DNA of 64,000 nucleotides from Macrostomum lignano (GCA_002269645.1 NIVC01001104.1:248001-312000); one strand, 5' to 3'; numbered from the stretch's first letter, positions 11,920-24,262 are shown. A program made the numbers and translations. The notes: generated from the letters alone by a model not told the origin.

Positions 11920-14229
11920 ATGACTGACGACACTGAGGAGGAGTCTGTGCTGGTTTACCGGCCCCAGTCCATGCTGTTTCCATCGTCTCCAGATCTGTCC
12001 ATGACGTCATCTAGAACTTCGACATCATCACCGATATCGCTGACAGTTCGACAGGTGAACTCTGGCGAGTCTGCTGAAACCTGTCTGAGGTCCACGGTTG
12101 TGGAGGTCTTCCCGACAGCAGCTCAGTGCGTGACGAGCAGGTGGGTGACATTTGGAAATTGACTGGCTGTGCAGTGATTGATGCCGTGTGTGTGTGGCTC
12201 AGGTGTGCAGTGATTGATGCCATGTGTGTGTGTGTGGCTCAGGTGTGCAGTGATTGATGCCGTGTGTGTGTGTGGCTCAGGTGTGCAGTGATTGATGCCA
12301 TGTGTGTGTGTGGCTCAGGTGTGCATTGATTGATGCCATGTGTGTGTGTGGCTCAGGTGTGCAGTGATTGATGCCGTGTGTGTGTGTGGCTCAGGTGTGC
12401 AGTGATTGATGCCGTGTGTGTGTGTGGCTCAGGTGTGCAGTGATTGATGCTATGTGTGTGGCTCAGGTGTGCAGTGACTGATGCTGTGTGTGTGTGTGTG
12501 GCTCAGGTGTGCAGTGATTGATGCTGTGTGTGTGTGGCTCAGGTGTGCAGTGATTGATGCCGTGTGTGTGGTTCAGGTGTGCAGTGATTGATGCTGTGTG
12601 TGTGTGGCTCAGGTGTGCAGTGATTGATGCCGTGTGTGTGTGGCTCAGGTGTGCAGTGATTGCCGTGTGTGTGTGGCTCAGGTGTGCAGTGATTGATGCC
12701 GTGTGTGTGGCTCAGGTGTGCAGTGATTGATTCTGTGTGTGTGTGTGGCTCAGGTGTGCAGTGATTGCCGTGTGTGTGTGGCTCAGGTGTGCAGTGATTG
12801 ATGCCGTGTGTGTGGCTCAGGTGTGCAGTGATTGATGCCGTGTGTGTGGCTCAGGTGTGCAGCAATGACTGCTGTGCGGTCCTTACGCTGCCAACTTACT
12901 ACCCAGACAAGCCATCCACAATTGGCTCACCCAAGCAGGCACCATCTACCGCTAGCGACTTCATCACCGTCTCGTCTCTCAATCAACTCTCGTCTCTCGC
13001 TGCCCTCGCTAGTCGACTCTGTGCTTCGCTGGCGAACATCGTCGCCAGCCGGCAGTCCGGCCGGAACCTCTGAGGCAGTCGACGCCGGCAAGATGGCTCG
13101 ACGCCGGCAGCGCCGCCGGATGCACCAGTCAGATCGGCTGCAGCGTCGAACCTGGGACGGCAGCGGAGACACCAGCGTCTGTCCAATCAAGATGGTGGGC
13201 AGTCCGGAGGAGACCAGCAGTCAGGCGCGGAGCGACCCGGACGATACTGCGCACAACGGCTGCTTTAAGGACGATGCCATTCCTACAGTCGAGAGGTTCG
13301 ACGATCAATCGAACGTCCGAAGCGACGACGACTCCAACATAGTGGAAATCTACCTGGATAGCATCCTTGAGAACCTGCCGGACGAAGTCGACCCGCAAGT
13401 TCCCGCGGATTTCACAGGCAAAGAGGTCGCCGATGGCCCAAATACCGGCGAATGCGTCGATTTGGACGAGCTGCTGCTGCTGGCCGAGACCGCTGACGAC
13501 GCCGCTGACAAGGCGGATGCGACGGCCGGTTCCGATCTGGTCGAGATCGCTCGAGGCCAAGCTGCAGTCAGCGCCGAGGTTTCGGGCACTTCGACGACAA
13601 CTCCTCGGGAAACGTCGGGTGTCGACTGTCCCGACGGTCGGCGTCGGCTGAGCGCCACGGGCTCGGAGCCGGCGACCGACGAGTTCAGCTTCATCCGCGT
13701 CCGGGTTCTGCCGACGCCGACGCCGACAACCTTGCCAGCATCCGTGACCACGACGGCCACCATGCCGCGTCTGCGCCGAGCTGCCACCATGGCGGCGCCG
13801 GCAACGATGCTTGCAGCTCCGCAGAAGTTCTGGCCAGAAGCGGCCGGCGGCAGCAGTAGCACCAGCACTCGGCGCCGATTTCACAAGCGACGCCAGAGCT
13901 ATATTTTGAATCGCACGCACGAGCAGCGGAAGCCGGGTGACAAAAATCAGAATTCGGTGGTCCTGACCGGAGCCAGGCGCAGTCTCGGGACGCCTGTCGC
14001 TAAGCCGGAGCAGCCGTCGCTGCCGCAGCCTCCGCCGTCGTTAGCGGCTCGGTTGCCCTCGTCCGCGCCAGTCCGCGCCGTGATTTTTCACCCGCCATCG
14101 CAGGCTGGCAGAGCTGCCTACCTGGCGAACTACCTGGCCAGCAGCGGCCAGCCAGCCAGCCTCTGGTCCTCCGGCGAGCTGCTTGCGGAGGTCGCCAACA
14201 ACCGGTCAGAGTCAAAGTTGCCACGGTGA
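11920..14229 (+). CDS. Unknown largely disordered protein; exons 11920-12140 and 12855-14229; the same frame stays open past the TGA to 14736
   Basis: ccATG at 11920; donor AG|GTGGGT at 12141; acceptor ctcAG|G at 12854. The phase-2 join gives R-C-A-A-M in frame with the 465-aa ORF. GC-rich coding composition. Confidence 0.7.
12165..12862. repeat. ~31-37 bp intronic minisatellite containing the splice acceptor (GTGTGGCTCAG|GTGTGCAGTGATTGATGCC)
   Basis: About 20 units; the last unit runs into exon 2. Confidence 0.95.
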
Positions 14230-15339
14230 CAGCAGCGTCCGCGAATTCAGCAGGCTGCAAGACTGCTTCGCGACGGACTGTCCTTCCGCCGGTCCTCTCG
14301 ACGCTACTCGAAGTCGGGCGCCGGCGCCGCCGCCGCTACGGCCGATCCTGCTGACGTTCTCGTCGCCTGCGCCAAGCGCAACTACCTGCCGGTGGTGCTG
14401 CTGCCGGCCTGCGATCCGACCGACGATGCCTATCTGCGTCGGCTCCGCGAATCCCTGGCCGGCATGACGCCATCGCTTCCGACTGGCCTCGTTGTCGTGG
14501 TCGCCGGGCCGTCCGAAGCCGCTCACTGGGCCGCGGCAGCTGGAGCCGACACGCCGCTCCAGGTGCTGCGCGACGAGCTGGCGGCGACATCGGCGGCGGC
14601 TACAAACGACGACAATCGCCGGCATCAACGCTGCCAGCAGCAGCAGCAGCTGCCGCCGGGGCCCGGGTGCTGCCGACAAGTGCTGGCCGCCGCCCGCTGC
14701 GCCGGCGCCTTGGCAGCCCCGCACCGCCTGCTGTAAGCGACATGCACGCACTTGAGAGCGCTGAAGGCGTCGTTCTGCTTTAGTTGGCCCATAAATTTTT
14801 TAGAACCTTCAAAATTTCTTTCTTTTTTGATACACGTTTAAAATCGCGCGCTACGTTCGCCTTGCTCTACTGACTGTACTGGCAAGTCAGTAGTAATACG
14901 AGCGTATGCGCGCATGTGGCACAAATCGGCGTGGCAAGTGTCTCAGTTGCGGTTCGTTTGGTGGTGGGTGAATCGAAAAAATTTAAATTGTTTTAAACTG
15001 CAGTGTTTTAGCGGTCAACCCAATTGTCTGTGTACAAAAGATTTTATCATTTTTAGCCAGTTTTTACTCATAAAAGCTCCTTACAGGAGTAGTTGTTTCA
15101 TGCTCTGTTTTTAATTGCTTCTGTGGATCATATTCAGTGATATTGATGCGATAAGAAATTTACTTGTAATATGAACTTATAAATTTTCCTTTCCGCCTCT
15201 GACATTGCTTCATGTTGTGGCTTTATTAAAAGCCAAAAATAAACAACTAAAATTATTTCTAACTGTCATTTTTATTCTCATCACTGCTTTGGCTGGAAAA
15301 TTAATAGCTTTTTCTTCTTTTTGAGGGTTAACCGGGTGT

Positions 15340-16110
15340 GTGTACATTGGAATTGGGGTGAGTGTACATTGGAACTGGGGGTGAGTGTACATTGGAACTG
15401 GGGGTGAGTGTACATTGGAATTGGGGTGAGTGTGCATTGGAATTGGGGTGAGTGTGCATTGGAATTGGGGTGAGTGTGCATTGGAATTGGGGTGAGTGTG
15501 CATTGGAATTGGGGGTGAGTGTGCATTGGAATTGGGGTGAGTGTGCATTGGAATTGGGGTGAGTGTGCATTGGAATTGGGATGAGTGTGCATTGGAATTG
15601 GGATGAGTGTGCATTGGAATTGGGCTGAGTGTGCATTGGAATTGGGGTGAGTGTGCATTGGAATTGAGAGTGAGTGTGCATTGGAATTGCGGTTAGCGTG
15701 CATTGGAATTGAGGGTGAGTGTGCATTGGAACTTGGGCTGAGTGTGCATTGGAATTGGGGTGAGTGTGCATTGGAATTGGAGTAAGTGTGCATTGGAATT
15801 GGGGGTGAGTGTGCATTGGAATTGGGGTGAGTGTGCATTGGAATTGGGGTGAGTGTGCATTGGAATTGGGGTGAGTGTGCATTGGAATTGGAGTAAGTGT
15901 GCATTGGAATTGGGGGTGAGTGTGCATTGGAATTGGGGGTGAGTGTGCATTGGAATTGGGGTGAGTGTGCATTGGAATTGGAGTAAGTGTGCATTGGAAT
16001 TGGGGGTGAGTGTGCATTGGAATTGGGGTGAGTGTGCATTGGAATTGGAGTAAGTGTGCATTGGAATTGGGGTGAGTGTGCATTGGAATTGGGGTGAGTG
16101 TGCATTGGAA
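15340..16110. repeat. 22-23 bp minisatellite (GGAATTGGGGTGAGTGTGCATT)n
   Basis: About 34 units; it explains the MHTHPNSN ORFs. Confidence 0.97.
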
Positions 16111-16779
16111 TCAATTTGCACTTTTGCAGCACTACTTTCCCGTTGGCCTGTGCCAGCCTGTATTATCAATCCTTCTAAAAAAATAGATAAAATATTTTTA
16201 TTGAAGAGAGGATGGAAGTTCCCTTAATTAAACTCAACCGGCTCCATGCTGTACTTGGCCGTGCATGCAGTGTTTATGCCAAGGCTCGGGACTGGCTGCC
16301 TGAGATTTACAACAGCTGCCCGACCATTGTGCGCTTGTGTGCGCTTGTGTAATTATAAATGCTTTTGTGGGGTGGCGGGGGCGGCCACCCCTCACTGTCA
16401 CAGTGCATGCAGTGTGCGCAGATACGAACGCAGATAAGGCCGCGTGCACTGCAGTCTCCGGGGTATTCTGCGACTGATAAATGCAAACTCTCGTGTTTTT
16501 CAGCTCTACACGCTACTGGGCGCACCCCACCCCTAGAATAGAATAGCAGCTTGCTTGCTTCCTGAATCCTGCCAAGTTCTCTTCTGGCTAATAGCAGAGC
16601 AAGCATTTCTGCTTCAAGGATAAGATAGATTTTATATCGACTCAGCCTGAAGTTGCCAGCCGGATACTTCTGCTGCATTGATGAGGCAGAAGAGCGACTC
16701 GGAGGCAAGGTGGAAAGGTGAGAAATACCTTGGATATCCGATATCGGAGATCAATATTGATCGAGGGGTCGTCTTGATT

Positions 16780-17270
16780 CCTAAGCTGGCGCTATTTCAA
16801 ATCCTAAACTGGCGCCACTGCAAATTCTAATCTGGGGCCTTTTCAAATTCTAATCTGGGGCCTTTTCAAATTCTAATCTGGGGCCTTTTTAAATTCTAAT
16901 CTGGGGCCTTTTCAAATTCTAATCTGGGGCCTTTTCAAATTCTAATCTGGGGCCTTTTCAAATTCTAATCTGGGGCCTTTTCAAATTCTAATCTGGGGCC
17001 TTTTCAAATTCTAATCTGGGGCCTTTTCAAATTCTAATCTGGGGCCTTTTCAAATTCTAATCTGGCGCCATTTCAAATCCTAATCTGGCGCCTTTTCAAA
17101 TTCTAATCTGGCGTCTTTTCAAATCCTAATCTGGCGCCATCTCAAATCCTAAATTGGCGCCATCTCAAATCCTAAATTGGCGCCATTTCAAATCCGAAAT
17201 TGGCGCCATTTCAAATTCTAAACCGGCGCCTTTTCAAATCCTAAACTGGCGTCATTTTAAATCCTAAAAT
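16780..17270. repeat. 23-bp minisatellite (TTTCAAATTCTAATCTGGGGCCT)n with degenerate edges
   Basis: Perfect core ~16820-17060, grading into ggcgcc variants. Confidence 0.95.
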
Positions 17271-17649
17271 CTTGCCGAACTTCGCTATATTACAAATCCG
17301 AGGGAACTTGGCAGGTTATTTTGGTAGCATCTGTGCATATTCACGTTGGCGCGCAATGCTATTTTTGAATTGCTTTTTATCTCTGTCCTCTACACTGGAT
17401 CATGAAGCTCTCCACACAGAGCCTAGAGCTCTCGTTCTCTTCATCAAATTAAGGCTTTCGTGAAGCTTTAAAGGGCTCTAGCACCAGGAGCGCCAGCGAA
17501 AATCAAAATTTTTTGTCGAGTTGGAAAAATGAAACAACTAAGTTCTGCCCCGACTATATGGTAAAGAAACTCGCGATCTTATTCGTAATCTCTCCCACTC
17601 TTATCTTCTTAGCCTACACCGCCGCAGCCCCCACCACGGCACTTCCAGG

Positions 17650-20600
17650 ATGTCCGACAGAAAGGCCGCCGATGTCAAACTGCTGCTGCTGCAGCCCGCC
17701 GCCGCGGCTTACTCTGAGGACATTGCTGATCTAATTCTGACTCTGTACACCAGGCCTGCCACCGGCCAGGAGATGCGCGTCTACATTGTGGGTGAGCACT
17801 GTAGGGCATTCAAGTAGCTGGAACTGGGAGATTGGGGAGAATTAGAAAAGGGAGAGCAAGAACTGGGAGATTGGGGATAATTGGAAAGGGGAGAGCGGGA
17901 ACTGGGAGATTGGGGAGAATCAGAAAGGGGAAAGCGGGAACTGGGAGATTGGGGAGAATTAGAAAGGGGAGAGCGGGAACTGGGAGATTGGGGAGAATTA
18001 GAAAGGGGAGAGTGGGAACTGGGAGATTGGGGAGAATTAGAAAAGGGAGAGCAAGAACTGGGAGATTGGGGATAATTGGAAAGGGGAGAGCGGGAACTGG
18101 GAGATTGGGGAGAATCAGAAAGGGGAAAGCGGGAACTGGGAGATTGGGGAGAATTAGAAAGGGGAGAGCGGGAACTGGGAGATTGGGGAGAATTAGAAAG
18201 GGGAGAGCGGCAGCTGGAAGATTGGGAAAAAGGGGAGGGCGGTCTGGCAGGAAAGTTGAAAGATAGGATTAATAAACAAATATTTTGAAAAATCTGAAAT
18301 ATTTAAAAACAGCCGACAAAGCAGAGTGAAATATAGATAAAATTCATTCAGGAATATAAACACATCAATACTATTTGATGTCAGTTGTAAAGAATTTGTG
18401 CAGAAGTTATCGAGAATTTGTTGTGCAGTACATTTCTCCGCCCGTCTTACTTCAAGCTATTTTGGGAACAAGTCGGTCCCAGCCCGAGTATTTAGCTAGC
18501 AACATCACGGATGCCGCTCTTATCAGATGTAGCGTACGCTGCTATGAGCGTACTGAATCCCGGAGGCCTGAAAATTCATGAACATCGTAAAACCGTCTGC
18601 GTATTTTTATTCCTTGATATGCTAACCGCACACTTGGCAGCCAACGATTCGCGTTAAATAAACCATGTCAGCGCTGGACTGGCCTTGGGTTCTAAAAATA
18701 GTCACACAGAAAAAACACCATCCCGACAGATCATATTTACTCGTACGAAATACGAGGGGTGTCCCAGAAGTAGTGTCACTTTTGCTTCCTTCCACAAGTA
18801 TTAATGCGTGTTTAAAAAATCATGTCTTTAAAGTTAGCGGCTTATTTTAGCTTTCATGCCACGAGAGTCCGATTTTTATAAGTGCTTCCTGCTGTAAGCA
18901 GCATGCATTTATTCGCATACCCTTGGCCATAGAAATGCACATCGCATAGTGCTTCTATGCTCACTCAGAAGAAAGCCACAAGTAGAGCTGATCAAGCACT
19001 GAGTTGCCAGACAGCAGCTGCAAGATTAGTTCCAGTCATGGACCCTAACATTCACTCTACAGAAGGGCGAAGTCTTGGTCAGAAATGCCCTGAAATTCAC
19101 GAAAACCTGACCCGCATTGACGGTGCCGACTCCCGATGCCATCAGTCAACGAACAGTTTACAGGTGGATCGAACAGTTCGAGGCTGGCCGGCAGTGTGTT
19201 GCCAACTTATCCAAAAGTTAGGGTCCATGACTGGAACAAATCCTGCAGCTGCTGTCTCGCAACTCTGTGCTTAATCAGCTCTACTTGTGGCTTTCTTCTG
19301 AGTGAGCATAGAAGCACCATGCGGTGTGTATTTCTATGGCCAAGGGTATGCGAATAAATGCATGCTGGTTTTTTTTATTAGAGGCAGGGGGTTGTGTGCA
19401 CCCTGGCGCACTTTAAGCGACATAGGCACACAACTGGCGAGAGGCATTGCTGCCCATTCCGCCGACTCCCCTGAGCAGGCATACACGCGCGCGGATACGT
19501 ACGCAGGCACACACTCACACAGGAGTGTACAGCGGCCCTAACTTTATATTATCGTTAGGCATGTACACTTCACTGCGCCTTGGGGGGTTGGCTCTCAACG
19601 CCGTTAATTACACGAGCAGAGCCAAGCCAAGATTCCAATTCAGCCCGAAATTAATATGAATGCACTTGGAATCGAGCCTGGGTCACTGGCACACCAGAGC
19701 CTGCGCTAGACTGCTGGGCTACGGCCCCCCTTATGCATGCTGCTTACAGCAGGAAGCACTTATAAAAATCGGACTCTCGTGGCATGAAAGCTAAAAAAAG
19801 CCGCTAACTTTTAAGGCATGATTTTTTAAACATACATTAATACTTGTGGAAGGAAGCAAAAGTGACACTACTTCTGGGACACCCCTCGTAGTATAGGTTG
19901 TTTCCATGGCAACTCATTGGGGTTTCCATGGAAACTTCTCTTTTAAAATTAAAAACACAATTAATTATCGGCTAAAAAGTCATCTCCATGGCAACTCCGT
20001 TGCGTACTTCCCTTCTCAGGATGCCTCGTGCTGACCCTCACGGCCTCCGTGCTGCCTCAGTACACCCTGCTGGCCGACCGCCTCTCCACCCTGCCCTCGT
20101 CAACCTCGCCATCGACCTCGCCGTCATCGCTCAGCCTCGCCAAGGCGGGATTCGTCCACCTGGGACCGGGCGACGGCAGCCTCGTCTGCTTCCACTGCTG
20201 CGTCCGCGTCTCCCCGACAGCGTCGACGACGGAAGAGCTGCCGCCGCCGTCGTCGTCGTCATCAAGAGACACTTTTGTTGATCGCTTCGACGACATCGAG
20301 CTGACCGACCGCTGCGGTCTGGGAGCAGCTGGCAGCGATCACGATGACGAACCACTCCGGCGGCACCGTCGGGCGAGTCCAAACTGCTACTACGCCCGGC
20401 TCTGCGCCCTGGCCCGCGCCGTCTCCAGGAGCGGCGCTGGCGCCGGCGGCCTCGGAATTCGCCGCCTCGCCGAACGGCTGGACGCCATCGGCGACGCTAA
20501 ACGCTACGCGCGGGCGTTGCGGAAACTGCGCGGCTGCCTACTTGGCGGCTGCGGCCTCAGCCTGGCCGCCAGCTTCGGCTACAGCCCGCCTCACCTCGCC

Positions 20601-20765
20601 GCTTGGTTGACGCGCTATTTTATGCGCAACAACGGCGCCTGTCCGACTCGAGCAGGGGATATCATTGCGCTGGCGCACGAATCCGAGGCGCAGAGTTTGC
20701 TAGCGCCCGGCCTGCTGGACATTCTAGACATTGTTGGCCTGCTGCAGCTGCCGGAGCTGCTTTGA
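17650..20765 (+). CDS. BIR-domain (IAP-like) protein; exons 17650-17791 and 20020-20765
   Basis: Exon 1 MSDRKAADV...VYIV-G ends at donor GTGAGC (phase 1) and joins in frame at ctcAG|GA TGC. The BIR signature is YTLLADRLSTL...LAKAGFVHLGPGDGSLVCFHC...DDEPLRRHRRASPNC, with all four C,C,H,C zinc ligands. Confidence 0.8.
17820..18225. repeat. 39-bp purine-rich intronic minisatellite
   Basis: Unit gaactgggagattggggagaattagaaaggggagagcgg, about 10 copies. Confidence 0.95.
18751..19890. mobile_element. Mariner-derived foldback element with ~299-bp inverted arms and a transposase N-terminal remnant
   Basis: TA-CGAGGGGTGTCCCAGAAGT ... ACTTCTGGGACACCCCTCG-TA termini. Arms are 18751-19049 and 19217-19890 (excluding the SINE). 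The spacer encodes EIHENLTRIDGAD / AISQRTVYRWIEQFEAGR, resembling the mariner HTH (frameshifted). Confidence 0.85.
19368..19732 (-). mobile_element. tRNA-derived SINE, full length (~365 bp)
   Basis: 10-bp TSD ATGCATGCTG (19358-19367, 19733-19742). The minus-strand head GGGGCCGTAGCCCAGCAGT...CCAGGCTCGATTCC has A-box and B-box-like motifs, and the tail is A-rich. Other copies occur at ~42880 and ~63780. Confidence 0.85.
19900..19995. promoter_or_regulatory. Cluster of three RFX X-box-like palindromes
   Basis: GTTTCCATGGCAAC (19900-19913), GTTTCCATGGAAAC (19922-19935) and ATCTCCATGGCAAC (19982-19995) resemble the X-box consensus GTNRCC-N-RGYAAC. Confidence 0.4.
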
Positions 20766-20859
20766 TGCGCTTGACGGCAAAACAGTCAGGCTCTTGCTGT
20801 ATTGTGTTGCTATGCAAACCGTGGGGGAGAGCGGGATGTTCAATTGTTGATTAAAAAAC

Positions 20860-21770
20860 CTGACCCGCTCGACCCACCTGACCCGCTCGACCCACCTGAC
20901 CCGCTCGACCCACCTGACCCGCTCGACCCACCTGACCCGCTCGACCCACCTGACCCGCTCGACCCACCTGACCCGCTCGACCCACCTGACCCGCTCGACC
21001 CACCTGACCCGCTCGACCCACCTGACCCGCTCGACCCACCTGACCCGCTCGACCCACCTGACCCGCTCGACCCACCTGACCCGCTCGACCCACCTGACCC
21101 GCTCGACCCACCTGACCCGCTCGACCCACCTGACCCGCTCGACCCACCTGACCCGCTCGACCCACCTGACCCGCTCGACCCACCTGACCCGCTCGACCCA
21201 CCTGACCCGCTCGACCCACCTGACCCGCTCGACCCACCTGACCCGCTCGACCCACCTGACCCGCTCGACCCACCTGACCCGCTCGACCCACCTGACCCGC
21301 TCGACCCACCTGACCCGCTCGACCCACCTGACCCGCTCGACCCACCTGACCCGCTCGACCCACCTGACCCGCTCGACCCACCTGACCCGCTCGACCCACC
21401 TGACCCGTTCGGCGCACCTGGCCCACTCTAACCAGCTGACCCACTTGACCCACCTGACCCCCTTGACTTACCTGACCCATTTCACCCACTTCACCTGTAT
21501 CACTTGATTCACCTCGACACACCTGACCCACTCTACCCACCTGACCCACTCTACCCAACTGACCCACTCGACCCACCTGACCCCCTCGACTTACCTGACC
21601 CACTTGACCCACTTCACCTGAATCACTTGATTCACCTCGACCCACCTGACCCACTCGACCCATCTGACCCACTCTACCCGCCTGACCCCCTCGACCACCT
21701 GACCCACTTTACCTAACTGACCCAATGGAATCACTTAATTCACCTCGCCCACCTGATTGACCTTCCACAC
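20860..21770. repeat. 18-bp minisatellite (CCTGACCCGCTCGACCCA)n; perfect core ~20860-21405, degenerate tail
   Basis: About 30 identical units; it explains the DPPDPL ORF. Confidence 0.98.
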
Positions 21771-22199
21771 CGGACCCAGTGAGTCAAGGAACTGTTTGAA
21801 TAGCTCTCTCTGCCTCGTACGAACAGCGTATGAGGTGATTCTAATTTAGCCCGATACGAGCACCCTGGCAGAGAGCGTACGGTCGTGCCTGTACATATGT
21901 GTACACTCCAATGCAGATTATCTCTCTTAGGCGATCTAATGCGCCCATATTCTTTCAATATTATATTGCCGTACTAACTAGCAATTAGTGGCGCTTCCGC
22001 ATATTGTTGACGAACTCCCATCACTCCATGCCAACTAAGTTAATTTTCATTCATTCCAGTATAATAATATTTAGATGCCAAATTTTCATTAAAATGCATT
22101 GGACCATGCATGCAGTTGTAGTTATGTTTAAACATTGTCTTTATTGACTTACATATGCCTGCAATGCTGGGGATTCCGGAGCCAGAGTTTCAGCTGAAC

Positions 22200-24262
22200 T
22201 TGGTGCCATTCTGTAACTGGGTGCCATTCTCTAACTGGGCGTCATTCTCTAACTGGGTGCCATTCTGTAACTGGGCGTCATTCTCTAACTGGGCGTCATT
22301 CTCTAACTGGGCGCCATTCTTTAACTGGGTGCCATTCTGTAACTGAGTGCCATTCTCTAACTGGGCGCGATTCTCTAACTGGGCGCCATTCTCTAACTGG
22401 GCCCCATTCTCTAACTGGGCGCCATTCTCTAACTGGGCGCCATTCTCTAACTGGGCCCCATTCTCTAACTGGGCGCGATTCTCTAACTGGGCGCCATTCT
22501 TTAACTGGGTGCCATTCTGTAACTGAGTGCCATTCTCTAACTGGGCGCGATTCTCTAACTGGGCGCCATTCTCTAACTGGGCCCCATTCTCTAACTGGGC
22601 GCCATTCTCTAACTGGGCGCCATTCTCTAACTGGGTGCCATTCTGTAACTGAGTGCCATTCTCTAACTGGGCGCCATTCTCTAACTGGGCGCGATTCTCT
22701 AACTGGGCGCCATTCTTTAACTGGGTGCCATTCTGTAACTGGGCCCCATTCTCTAACTGGGCGCCATTCTCTAACTGGGTGCCATTCTCTAACTGGGTGC
22801 CATTCTGTAACTGAGTGCCATTCTCTAACTGGGCGCGATTCTCTAACTGGGCGCCATTCTCTAACTGGGCCCCATTCTCTAACTGGGCGCCATTCTCTAA
22901 CTGGGTGCCATTCTCTAACTGGGTGCCATTCTCTAACTGGGTGCCATTCTGTAACTGAGTGCCATTCTCTAACTGGGCGCGATTCTCTAACTGGGCGCCA
23001 TTCTCTAACTGGGCCCCATTCTCTAACTGGGCGCCATTCTCTAACTGGGCGCCATTCTCTAACTGGGTGCCATTCTGTAACTGAGTGCCATTCTCTAACT
23101 GGGCGCGATTCTCTAACTGGGCGCCATTATCTAACTGGGCGCCATTCTCTAACTGGGCGCCATTCTCTAACTGGGCGCCATCTCTAACCGGGTGCCATTC
23201 TGTAACTGAGTGCCATTCTCTAACTGGGCGCCATTCTCTAACTGGGCGCCATTCTCTAACTGGGCCCCATTCTCTAACTGGCTGCCATTCTCTGACCAGG
23301 CGCCATTCTCTGACTAAGCGCTATTATATGAATAGGCGCCATTCTCTGACTAGGCGCCATTCTCTGATTAGGCGCCATTCTCTGACTAGGCGCCATTCTC
23401 TAACTGGGTGCCATTCTCTAACTGGGTGCCATTCTCTAACTGTGTGCCATTATCTAACTGGGCGCCATTCTCTAACTGGGCCCCATTCTCTAACTGGGCG
23501 CCATTCTCTAACTGGGCGCCATTCTCTAACTGGGTGCCATTCTCTGACCAGGCGTCATTCTCTGACCAGGCGCCATTCTCTGACTGGGTGCCATTCTCTG
23601 ACTGGGTGCCATTCTCTGACAAGGCGTCATTCTCTGACCAGGCGCCATTCTCTGACTAAGCGTCATTCTCTAATTGGGCGCCATTCTCTAACTGGGCGCG
23701 ATTCTCTAACTGGGCGCCATTCTCTAACTGGGCGCCATTATCTAACTGGGTCCCATTCTCTAACTGGGCGCCATTCTCTAACTGGGCGCCATCTCTAACT
23801 GGGTGCCATTCTCTAACTGGGTGCCATTCTCTAACTGGGTGCCATTCTCTGACTAGGCGCCATTCTCTGACTAGGCGCTATTCTATGAATAGGCGCCATT
23901 CTCTGACTGTCCGCCATTCTCTGACTAGGCGCCATTCTCTAACTGGGTGCCATTCTCTGACTGTCCGCCATTCTCTGACTGTCCGCCATTCTCTGACTAG
24001 GCGCCATTCTCTAACTGGGTGCCATTCTCTGACTGTCCGCCATTCTCTGACTGTCCGCCATTCTCTGACTAGGCGCCATTCTCTAACTGGGTGCCATTCT
24101 CTGACTGTCCGCCATTCTCTGACTGTCCGCCATTCTCTGACTAGGCGCCATTCTCTAACTGGGTGCCATTCTCTGACTGTCCGCCATTCTCTGACTAGGC
24201 GTCATTCTCTGACTAGGCGCCATTCTATGACTAGGCGCCATTCTCTGACTAGGCGCCATTCT
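22200..24262. repeat. 18-bp minisatellite (CTGGGCGCCATTCTCTAA)n, ~2 kb
   Basis: More than 100 units; the variant subtype tctgactagg/tctgactgtcc dominates the right third. Confidence 0.98.

Noticed and set aside
16307-16708. 133-aa minus-strand ORF
   Set aside because: It has no recognisable motif or convincing splice partners, and part of it overlaps repeat-like sequence.
19660-19732. tRNA gene
   Set aside because: The acceptor and T stems do not close. It sits at the head of a TSD-flanked, A-tailed dispersed repeat, so it is a SINE head.
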